Of a stretch of DNA of 64,000 nt, positions 53,151 through 64,000 are shown piece by piece. Numbering within the stretch: position 1 is the stretch's first letter; each line of letters opens with the position of its first letter. The position numbers and the translations under genes were made by a program. The stretch covers positions 97,900,001-97,964,000 of the forward strand of contig NC_045696.1 of assembly GCF_009834535.1 (NCBI RefSeq), read 5' to 3'. The notes beneath the pieces are model-generated. The model searched no databases, had not been told where the DNA came from, and saw only the letters and a list, made by a program, of their open reading frames with translations. The DNA is from Camelus ferus (Eukaryota).

Positions 53151-56100
53151 CGTATGTGCTTAGCATCATTAGTCATTAGAGAAATGCAAGTCAAAACCAC
53201 CACTGGAGACCATTACTTACTTCTCATGACTTACTGCCTTGCTTCTTTTTGAGTCCTTTCTAATACTACTTCCCTGACAGCTCATATAATTTATCCTCCA
53301 CTCCAGACTTCTGGTACTATCATCTCATCCTCTTTTATTTTTCTCATTCTTACTTAGTTTTTATCATTAGTTAGCATTGTATTATAGATTATACATTTGT
53401 TTGCTTTTTATCTTTCTCTTCCACTAGAAAAGAAGCAAATTGAGAGTAGATGTCTTCTCATAACTATAGCCCCAGCACCTAGAAAATTGCCTGACAGATA
53501 GCAGGTGCTTGGTAAGTATTTGGCAAGTGAATGAGCTTGGACCTACATGAATGGGACCCTTACAGTCACATAGTCATGTTTATTTAATCTCTCATAGTCT
53601 TAGTTTCCTCATTCCTACCTTAAAGGGTTGGCAAGAGGATTAAATGAAATAATGCTTTTAAAGCATTTCACACAGTGCTTGGCAGGTGGTTCACACATTC
53701 TCTTATTCTTTTTAAAATTTTTTAATTTTTTGTATTTATTTGATTAAACACCTCCCATGTCCTCCTCCCCCCTCCCCCTGACCCTGCCAGTCTTTTTATT
53801 TTAACAGATGTTGTATATCCAGGCCTTACCAGGACCATTCCTTTCAAAGGATCCATTCTCATTTGTGATGTTTATGGATATACTGCTACCCTTCGAGTTT
53901 AGAAACAAAAGTCATCATTAACATGGTGTCTGGGCCCTTCGTACCTCTTTGAAGAAGACATCTCAGTTGAAACTTTGGAAATTATTAATAAACTTGGCCC
54001 AAGATACTGTGGTAACTTCCAAGCTGTGCATGCCCAAGGTTTGGGGTGTTTTGATTTATAATAACTTTGCTGATATTATTTTTAAGGACATCCAGTTATT
54101 TATAGCATATTTATAAAGAATAAACTCAGCATAGACCAGTCATTAGAGAAGACCTCTGCACTTGGATCATTATATATTTATAACCCAATAGAAAATGTTG
54201 CAGAAAAGGAAATGACAATCTCTTTTAGATTTCAAGTCCAAAGCACATAATGGAGGAAAGTGGGTGGGTGATACCATCATCAAAGAAAGAGGGAAGAGGA
54301 GATAAGTTACATTCCTTTTAATGAAGAAGCTTTTTAACTAAAGTATACTGTTGTCTTCAATTATTAAACAGGCAGACAAAACATCCACATTTTCATGATT
54401 GATTGTTGGCAGTTCAAACAGGGAGCATTGCTCCCATCTGGGAAAGATGAGAAATGAATCTATGTACCTTCAGTAAACCTTTATGCATGGTGAAAGGCGA
54501 TTGAGTGCTGCAGAGTGTTTCTGTCTTTATCTTATTCTTTTATATGTTGATATCTGCTCATTTCTGCCATTTTTCTGTGACCTATGACCCTTTCACCCAG
54601 TTTAGGCAGCAGGAGCCAGGGAATTATATACTCCCTGCCCTCAGGGAAATGATGACAGAGCAGAACCAAAGAATCTAATTCTTGTCTTTAAAATTTTAAA
54701 AGCTCAGATGGAATTATAGTTCAAAAAGATTTGGGAAATTATGCCATCAGGCGGGACTGGTTGCCTCCCAAACCACTGATTGTTCAAAGTGTGCTAAATT
54801 GAGGTGAAGTGGAGGGTTTGAGGGGAACAAAGTAGTTAAAGGCAAGTATGTGTTTCTGAGAAGGGGCCCTGGGTCTGTCCAAACCTAGGCTCCCCACTAT
54901 CACACAAAAGGGGCCCAGGGAAGGATGAAATGACAGAAATATCAGTTGGATTTAAAGAATCCAAGAGCTAAGGACAGGAAAACGGCCAGAAAGCAAAGAG
55001 CTGGTCGGCAGAGTTGCCAAAGGCCCTGCAGTAGTGGCACTGAGGTGAGGATAGACAGACAATGGGGACTGAGCAGCCTCGCATCTCCTTGTGTACCCCA
55101 GGGCAGCCAAGGCTAGTGGGGTCATGGGAGGGTGCCATACACAGCCCCTCTGGTTTCCCACAGTCCTAGGGGCCCGGAGGGAAAGGAAATAAGCAAACAG
55201 CACCGGAAAAGCCTTACAGTCACAAGTAGAAGACTGACCATGGAAAATCAACGGGGAAGACAAACATCTCAGCAGATCCCAGCCTGAAGAGATGACAGAC
55301 CATATACAGACTCACTTTTCTTCTTTGTGGATTTGCTGAAAGCAAGAGTAATAATCACAACCGGAATTCTAGGGGACATGTTATTTTAATAGAACCCTCG
55401 TTATTCATAGGAATTTTAGAGGCCTCAAGGAGAAGTGGGTTCCAGCTGTGGAGATCTCAGAAGACTGCCAGGGACTCACTGGGTACCCCTGACCTCTACT
55501 GATGGTCTGGCCCTTAGGCCCCAGAATGTGCAAAGCCAGGGCATTTAGAGGCTGGCTCTCGGACAGTAAGGTGATGCAAAGATCATAATCAAGTAAATCT
55601 TGTAAATCAAGTAAATCTTACTCAAGTAAATCTTACCATTTTAAATGTTTGGACCAGTTTGATGGCTGCTAAAGAAATGGAGAGTTGCTCTCGGAATCAT
55701 AACATGCATTCATTGATCAACCCACACTTGTGCTAAGAGTGCCCCTCCATTTGCTAGTACCCCATCGTTTGTTAACAGACTGGGAGGAGGGGTGGTCTGT
55801 CCCTCAGCCACAGAAAAGCTTGGGGTTGGTGGCTGCGTTTGTGACATTGATTGGTGAATATAACCAGCCCGGGGACAGATATCAAGGCATCATCCAGAGA
55901 TCTGGAGGAATTCAGAGCAGCCTCCCTGCATTGTTTTCAATCCTGAGCCCCTTCTACATAGCAAGCAATCCTTTGAATTCTCTGCTGAGGGAATTTGACC
56001 TCCATGCCTGTGACCTCCATCTTTGACCTCTGTACCTTTCCTCCTTTTCCTGGTAACATACCCAGACCCACTGACCACAGGGTTGAGTGTGCAACGTATA

Positions 56101-56562
56101 TGGATAACCATAGCAAATGCTCATCTGAGCTCCTCTAACCCCCAGTCCCTCACTTAAAAAACTTTTAGGGTCTTTCACATTGTCTTGCTGTTTTAGACTT
56201 TTATTTCCATAGTTATTTTATTTACTAATTTAGAAAATATAAAATAAAAACATATTGTTAGTGTTTTAAAAACACGAATGTCTAGAACATCTCTGAGAAC
56301 CTTCACCCAGGAAACATTTGTTTAAAGGAATAAAATATCCCAGCTCAGAATTTCTTACCAATACATCACCCCAAGTCTTTTTGCAGTTTTCTACTTCAAG
56401 AGACTGACTCATTAGGGCAAAAGTCATGGTGGGCCAACCATTCTAGAAGTTTAAAATACCAAATGTTATTAAAGTAGACCTTGTGGATTACTATAGGAAC
56501 CAAAAGTATATTGGTGTCCAGAACTTGTCCTGGGCTTTAAAAAAAAAAAAAGGATTAATGAT

Positions 56563-56686
56563 TTTTTTTTAATTGAAGTATAGTTAATTTATAATATTGT
56601 GTTAATTTCAGGTGTACAGCACAGTGATTCATTTATACATATATATATGTGTATATATATATATTCCTTTTCATTCTTTTTCAGAA
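56563..56686 (-). mobile_element. L1 3' end fragment
   Basis: TTTTTAATTGAAGTATAGTT...TTTCAGGTGTACAGCACAGTGATTCA, the antisense of the same L1 3' end. Confidence 0.75.
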
Positions 56687-57858
56687 TGATTCTTAATTTA
56701 GAATGTTGGGTAGCAACGGCACCTATGCCTAAGTTGCTACCAAAACTGTCCTCCAGCCATGTTCTCCTAACATCTGTCACCCATGGCCTTGAGAGACTGC
56801 CCTGGCACAACCTTCTATTTCTCTACCCAGGGCCTCCACCGAGGCCCAGCCAGGCCAGTGTTGTTTTCCTTTTCTTCCCTTCAGCAGCTCCCATTGCTAC
56901 CAGCTGTTTGTCTTGGGATTCCTCCCCTAATAAGACTACTGAAGCCAATCTCTAGGCACTCTTAATTTGGAATATATTTGCTCCTAATTACTGTTAGGAA
57001 AATAAAACCAACAGGCAGCAGCAGAACATAACAAATACGGGTAACGTCCAAAGGTTACAGATTCTCACAGTTTTCAGAGTAGGGCTGGGCTACGTTTCCC
57101 ATTTCCTTTGGGAAAGTAAATTTCTCACTGTGCCCAATGCCACACACACACGCACACACACATTTCCATCCCTACCTTTTGACCCAATAAAGCAGAGTTG
57201 ATGGATTAGATGCCTTCTTTGTTCAGAGACTATTTACATTTCTGGTGACCTCTAAATTGGGTTATGCTGAGGTCAGTTTATGTCTTATTCAAGAGTGCCC
57301 TCTTTTGGAATTTCCTTACAGAGAATGGCCCCTACATTCAAATAGCTGGTAGCACCCTCTACTGGGCTAAGTTATTGCTGAAATGGGAAGAAAACCGTTA
57401 CCTAACTAATAACGGAACTCTCAGATTCAAACATTCTATGTATTTCATCTTTTCTCACACATAAATATATCTATGAGTTAATATTACTTTTCTGTGAACT
57501 ATTGATAGAATTTTCTATGAACTACCTATATTAATTTTTTAGAAATAAGACTGTGCCTGTCAAACACACATACTTGCAATTACTGGCTTTGCATTGCCTT
57601 TGTCATGACAGTCTAAGCCTAAATCTTTTATGAAAGGATTGGTTCTAGAGAATAATTATATGATGAAAACTGGATTATGGATAAAATAAGTGACATTGCC
57701 TTGTTTCTGGGCCAGACAAGTCCTAGTCAAGATAACATATAAAAAGGATATTTTATTTTTTAAAAATCCCATTATACAAAATCTTTCAAATGAGTCTTCT
57801 CATTATAGCTATATATTTATTAAGCCAAACGAATAAATAGACAGACAGTTCATGCCGC

Positions 57859-58045
57859 ACAGTGGTTTGCAAACCTGAATATGCATCAGAATCTCTTGGA
57901 GGACTTGTTAAAATACATTTTGCTATGCCTTATCCCCCGAGTTTCAGATTCAATAAGTCTAGGGCAGAGTTAGAGAAATTGCATTTCTAACAATGTTAGA
58001 ATGTGTTAATGTTGCTGACCTTCAGACCAAACTTTGAGAACCATT
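57859..58045. mobile_element. MER5A-like DNA transposon fossil (a similar copy lies near 59625-59770)
   Basis: CAGTGGTTTGCAAAC...GCATCAGAATC...TTGCATTTCTAACAA...ACTTTGAGAACCA. Confidence 0.6.
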
Positions 58046-58668
58046 CACTAAACTATTTGGTTGGATGAATCTGAACTCTTATTAAAGCCAAAAATTATTT
58101 ACAATAGTAACTCTATCATAAAATAATTTGATATATAATATATTTTACCAATCACAATATGATTCCTTTTGACATTAAAATAAATCAATGCACAAATATT
58201 TACTGAATTTGGAAGAGTACCAAGAGCATTGAGTTGATGGTCAAGACAGACGACTTGCATTTTGATCCCAGTTTTATGACTAATCGTGATCTTGGTGCCA
58301 ACTATTCAGTGTCCTTAAACCTGTGTTTATACATCTGCAGACTGAGGGGAGTGAGCAAGATGATCTCTAAGGTGTCGTCATCTCTAAAATCATCTGATGA
58401 TTCTTTGATGCTAACATACAAGCCTATGTGCTGAGTGAAGTGAGGTATGAAACAGAGAGCTTGCACTCTACCTGGGGACACAAGATACCTACCCACAAAA
58501 AAAGGTACCAGCCCAAACCAGAGGGAAATCCCAAATAATAGTACTGCAGCATTCCATCCGGCAGTATGATTTAAGGAAAACTACCTCTTCACTCAATCTC
58601 AGACTAAGGGAATCTGGATCTGTTTTATAATATTAACCGTATCTTTAACAGAAGATAGCCTCTTTCCC

Positions 58669-58753
58669 ATTTTCTTTCCTTCTTCTCTCCTTTCTTTCTT
58701 CTTTTCCTTTCCTTTCTTTCCCTTTTCTTTCTTTTCCTTTTCTTTCTCTTTTT
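58669..58753. repeat. Pure polypyrimidine (CT-rich) tract
   Basis: About 85 nt containing only C and T on the + strand. Confidence 0.85.
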
Positions 58754-59149
58754 GATAAATGCTTATTGGTACCCTGATAAGATAGATGGAAATGCCCTGA
58801 ATGAAATCAGGGGAAAGAGCCTGAGACCAAACTATATCAGCTGAATAAGTTACCAAGACTGTTTCTTCACCTGCAGTACAATTATGTGAGCCTCATATGA
58901 AAATAATACACAGATAGGGCCTGTCACATAGTGAGAAAATAAAGGTCATATCCCTAAATCTCCCCAGAGTCCCCAGTGCTATGTGGTATTAGAAATTTGA
59001 GTAATTTAAGAATGAACAATGACCAGAAATGTAGGTCTTGCAGATGAGAGCAGAAAATGAAGGGGAGAGGAGAATGGATGTGAATACTAATGGAAGAAAC
59101 ATAGACCAAGTAGGGAGAAAAGGGGAATTTTTATTGTTTGTGGATTAGG

Positions 59150-59400
59150 AAGTAGAATAGCATAGTGATTGTGCTCCTGGAGACAGACTGCCTGGATTTG
59201 AACCTGGCTCTGCAACTTACTGGCTGTGGTGTATGATCATGGGCAAATTATTTGACCGTTCTGTGCCTCAGTTTCCTCATATGTATAATTTAAATCATGA
59301 TAGCATCTAACCTCTTATTCTGAAGATTAAATGAGCTAAAGCCTGTTAAGGGTAAGACATGCCTGGAGCATTACGAGAGCTTCACAAGTGAAAGCTGCTA
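59150..59400 (+). mobile_element. MIR SINE (other MIR remnants near 16940-17150, 43190-43340 and 47720-47900)
   Basis: MIR core: CAGACTGCCTGGATTTGAACCTGGCTCTGC...GGGCAAATTATTT...CTGTGCCTCAGTTTCCTCAT. Confidence 0.7.
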
Positions 59401-61199
59401 TTACTGCCTTTCAGTTTAATTCCCTGACCACTCCAGTGGGGTTCTTGTTCCTGGGAATACTCAGTGGAACAGAGGGTCCATTATTGTCTCCAGTTGGAGC
59501 TACATAAAGCATGTTCGTGGAAACCCTTCCCTGAGGACTCCTGTTTTTCTCCTCTGAAGTTGATACACACAAAGTTTAGGTCAGGTTCACAGTCCTTTAT
59601 TAAAACTGAGAGAAAGGCCTAAGGCTGTGGTTCCCAAATTTTGCTGCACATTAGTAATTTGCTGCACTGGGGAGCTTTTGAAAGTACCAATGTCCACATT
59701 TCACCCTTTATCAGTGAAATCAGAATGTCTGGAGGCAGGGACCAGGCATTAGTGTCTTTTAAAGATTCCAATGTGAAATAAAGTTTCTGAACTTTGGAGG
59801 CTTAACAGACTCCTTTTCCTTTTGTGTCTAGAGTTCTGAATAAATCAAAGCCTTTACCTGGGGCACTGTTCCATTTTTATAAATAACGTGTATTGAATTG
59901 TGAAAGTAGCAGGGCTGTCCTCAAATAAGCTAAATTGCTCTTCGGACAGATAGTCAATAGTGACCTCTGGTGGTGTGATGAGAACCTAAAATAACAATCT
60001 AATTTAGTCCCTGCAGGAATGCTTTTAACACACACAAAAGGTGTCAATGATCACGCTCTACCACTCCTCTGCTCCTCCACCACATACACATATTATTCAG
60101 AAAGGGAAACTGGGGCCTAGACAGTAAGACAAGAATCATTGATAGCTGTGGAACTGAAACTTGACTGGTCCTCCAACTTCCCCTTCCTCTCAAGGGTATC
60201 CTCCCTCAGAGAGACCTCATCTTCACAGCTTCACAGTATGAGCACCACCAGTGTGCATCAATAGCTTCCAAGTTCTATTTCTAGCTTCTAAGCATGACCT
60301 TGATTCCTGCAAATGCCAAACTGAGTCACATGACTGATATGAGCCAGAAGTATCTGGTGAGGGGTGATTTCTCTCCTGTATGCCCTACGGTTTTGATTTC
60401 TCCTGTAGGGCAGAAGGCAAATGTTGCACTATTGGCAAGGGAAGTCTGACTGACTGGGCCTTCTGTTAAGGATAATCATTTTACGAATGAGGAGACTAAG
60501 GCTCAATGAAATGTATTGCCTAAACCGTCCATCTCAACACACCCCTTCTCCCTGTCCTGAATCCAAGGGGGAAACTGAGGCCCAAGTACAGAACTGTCCT
60601 CTCCAGGCAGGTTTCTGAAAGCCCCTGGATGACCTGTAGCCCCAGCACTAATGGGTCACTAGAGGTGTGACATGCTCAATATGAGATAACGATGAGTGGT
60701 GCTGGAATACAAGGGCAAAGTATGGGATTGTAGGTTCTGAAAGAATCTAGGATATCACTAGGGTTGAAGATTTAAGGAACCGGAAGGTGGGGGTGGGGTG
60801 GATCCTAGCACCTAGATTGGCAGAGTCCCTGAAGCAGAAATGGAGTGGAATTTGAAACTGAAGATCAGGAGCAAGGGAGAAGGAGAGTCTGGGGCCCCAT
60901 TCAGGTAGCTTCCCTGGAGACAGAGACTACGAACAGTCAGCGGCTCCACTGCCTCTACCTCTCCTTCCACAGCAGACGCCCAGTGGCCACCAAGGCGTGA
61001 CTCCCAGGGCACTGGGACCATTGGGACCAACAGACCTTTCCGGCCAGTGTGACTTGGAGAAAAGCCCCACGTCTTCTAGCCACCTGCCTCAGCTTGGCAC
61101 TTACTACAATCTCCACTCCTTCCACTCCCTCCCCAATCTCCATTTTTCGTAATTTGTGATGACACTATAATCTAACAAACTGTGACAAGTCTAAATGAG

Positions 61200-61500
61200 G
61201 CTTTGCAGGCCCCATCCCGGGGAAGGTAGGGGCTGCCTCGGTTCCCGAGGTAGAAGGAAAGATGCGGGTTAACCTCGCCTTGTTCATTCCCGGTGAAAGA
61301 AGAGCTTTCAAACTCTGAGCGAAGCCTTGAGAGGCTTTCTGGGAAATACAGTCCTGGATGAGAAGATGCCTTCCCAGAGAGTTCTGGGAACAGTAGTTTT
61401 CGGGCTCTGGATAAGCAGCCCGACTCCGCATGCGCACTGGGCTTTGGCGCCTGGTGCTGGATCTCACGAGATGTAGGCACGTGTGGTCGTGCCCTGAGGC
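61200..61500. promoter_or_regulatory. Promoter-like motif cluster with no recognisable adjacent coding exon
   Basis: Locally raised CpG, two ZNF143/THAP11-like ACTA..TCCCAG motifs, NRF1-like CGCATGCGCA, ATCTCACGAGAT and CACGTG within about 150 bp. Confidence 0.5.
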
Positions 61501-62521
61501 CTGGGTTGGTGCTACCTAAAGGCTGGCTTGTGAGGGAGTGCAGTTCTTGCTCCTTCCTCTTACCTCTTTAAATGGCCCTGCCCTTCCTGCAAGCGTAGGC
61601 TTTATTCCTTCTAAAGCTCACACCTGGAAACAGCTAACAAGAAAACGGACAAAACAGTGTAAGTAAAAGAGCACGTGTTTTACTTGTTGCTTTGCGCAGA
61701 AGCAAGTGGGAAAGGTTTCCTTAGTGAATGTTTTTTTGGGTGTCTGAGGTTCTGGCTGAAACCTGAAGGACCAGTTGGTAAGAGTCCGGCAAGATATATG
61801 GACAGGGCCAAGGTTCCTGGCGGAGGAGTCGCTCACAGGTCCAGAGAACAGAGAGGAAGTAATAGAATGTCACCATTTTGCAGGGAGAGGGATGAGGGTA
61901 AGGGAGGGAGAGAATGACCAGACAGAGCTGGGGGCGGGGAGGGGGGCGCAGACTGGGAGGTGACAGGGAAACCAAAAAGAGGCAGGATGGGGCCACAGCC
62001 AATACCAGGCTGAGCCAGGGCAGGTAAGGGCCTTCCCTGTTAGGCAGATTCTTGTTGGCCAGGCTGAGGAGAGGCTCCACGGGGCTTGCAGCACTTGTGC
62101 TTGGCAGGAGGAAGATACACACAAGGACAGAGAAGTGAAAACCAGGTTAATGATTTTATTCCAGAAAAAAACTAGAAAAGAGTACAGAGGAGACCTCAAG
62201 TTGAGCGGAGAGGAGGGGACTTCCATTTAAGAAGACGCCCTAAGTCTCCAGCTCCCTCTGGGCTAGCTCCCTGATGTGAGGGAACTGAAGGAGGCCTGTA
62301 GCAGGGCAAATCGCTGCCTCTTGGCTTGGAGGAGAGGGTGTCAGAGGGATGATTTTCCCCTGGGGATGGCATGTGGTTTTTAAGTTCCCGAGGGATTTCC
62401 ACACCTTGAGAAAATCTTCCCAAATAAAGAAGGTCTTTGTTACTGTTTCTCTGGCCTATCCAAGGATCCAAGCTGCGTCCTTTCCAGTATCGGGGTGACA
62501 GAGAAAGGACAGATAAAGGTG

Positions 62522-62612
62522 TTTTGTTGTTTAAATGGAATTACTGGGGCTTCAACTGAGGACCTCATAAATGCTAGGCATGCACTCTACCACTGAGCTA
62601 CACCCTCTCCCA
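62522..62612 (-). mobile_element. tRNA-derived SINE (camelid type, diverged)
   Basis: Contains GCATGCACTCTACCACTGAGCTACACCC, the reverse complement of the family head. Confidence 0.75.
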
Positions 62613-64000
62613 TTACTTATATTTTATACTTAGTGGACGTGTGTACTAGTCACTTTTGTTTTTACGTGTATAAGTGTCTAGCACATACAGCCTATAATTC
62701 CCAGCCTGAAGCCAGGAACTCCTGCCAAAGGTAATAATACTTATTCACCTATATTTGGAATAAAAAAATTAAACATAGTCCCTCAATTAAAATATACAGC
62801 TTTAACAAAGCTTTTAAAAATTAATTTTACTCAAAATATGTCATTTCAAGTTTGTTAAAGTTAGTAAGAAACTCTTGGTTAAAAACCTGAATAAACAAAT
62901 CAAGTTTTAGACAATCTTTCAATGATAAAGGAGTTCTTGGGGAAAGACTGAAACCTATTCTCTTTGGTACTTAGTAAAAATTTTAAAATATATATATCTG
63001 TTAGTTACTAACACTTCTTTCCTATCTGCAAATTTTCTTTCCAATACTGTTTATTTGAAAACAGTGTATAGTGATTTATCTCTTATCAGAAGTATCAAAA
63101 GGAGCTCCTCTTAGAATACCAGGCTGTGTTTTTCATCCTTTAAAAAAAAATCTGCATTTTGTGGGTAAAAAAATGTATGTCTTGTCCTTTTAATTATCTT
63201 TCTTTCTACATATTTATAATGTAGCCAACTCTATTTTTCCTGATAAGCTCCAGTTTTTGGAATATTTACAGCCAACTTTGTTGCCTTTGGTATGCTAACC
63301 TAGGTCCTCAATGCTTTAACGTTCATCTGGGGGTGCATCTTACCTTATTTCTCTTTGACCAAACACCTCACCTAAAAATATTTGAGAAATGAAAATTTTA
63401 TTTGTAAATATTACAAAGTTAGCAGTGCAAGCAGAATATTAATACAGTCTGATCCTAAAACTTCATCTGTTTATGAACTTGAATCTCTTGGAGTTTCTAA
63501 TTCTGTTAGATCAGGAAATTAAATTGCTCTAAAAATCTACTTGAATGCTTTCTTAATTTTTCAAATTTAAGAAATACATTTGATTGTTTTTAAGAGTTTT
63601 TTTTTAACTTTCTAAAAGACTATTTGAAGTGGCAAGTTAAACCTTAATTTTAGGATTAGCATAGGGCATAGCTGTAAGATACAATAGTTTGGTAAGTTGT
63701 GATGCTGACTAAAAACTGATTTGCTAATACAATATAGTTTCTCACATTAAAAAATAGTGTTTTTGATCATATCAAATGTGAATTTTTAAAAATATGCATT
63801 TAGATTTAAAAGCTTTTAATTTTCTAGTCATAAAGGAGGCAGAAAAATGTTCATCACTCCTTATAGTATTCATTAAAATAAAAAGCACTTTGACCATGGC
63901 CATGACAAGAACCCTAAATAATTTCATGAATCTGTTAAAAAACAAAATTCAGCCCAATAAATGTGAAGATCTAATAGACTTTATTCAACAATTCGTGAAT

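Noticed and set aside
55400..56150. Possible degenerate ERV internal fragment with overlapping short ORFs and a short triple repeat (TCAAGTAAATCTT, 55589-55634)
   Set aside because: No diagnostic gag, pol or env motif or paired LTRs that I can support by eye; needs RepeatMasker.
61351..61360. GTCCTGGATG resembles the start of the HLTF coding sequence (MSWM)
   Set aside because: No initiating ATG and no continued similarity; a 10-nt match is expected by chance.

Overview
Mammalian genomic DNA, probably from a camelid (camel, alpaca or llama) judging by several young tRNA-derived SINEs. It holds two convergent genes. On the + strand is the 3' half of ceruloplasmin (CP): exons equivalent to human 11-19 at 1024-14416, plus an alternative GPI-signal terminal exon at 21405-21508. 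On the - strand is the complete HPS3 gene: 17 coding exons, ATG at 51001, TGA at 15969-15971, with a CpG-island promoter. I placed all exon boundaries by reading GT/AG sites and codon phase; comparisons with human proteins are from memory. The main anomalies are: (1) HPS3 exon 9 has a +1 insertion that frameshifts the gene, but an AG 4 nt downstream of the usual acceptor would restore the frame exactly; (2) the CP GPI exon lies antisense inside HPS3 intron 14 and has lost the expected stop codon (4-residue extension); (3) the known +12 'GEYP' alternative donor of CP exon 18 reads TT instead of GT; (4) a GAIT-like hairpin sits in the secreted CP 3'UTR between two poly(A) hexamers; (5) an orphan housekeeping-type promoter motif cluster lies near 61.3-61.5 kb. 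I see no evidence of a wholly new gene system; the rest is mostly ordinary interspersed repeats.
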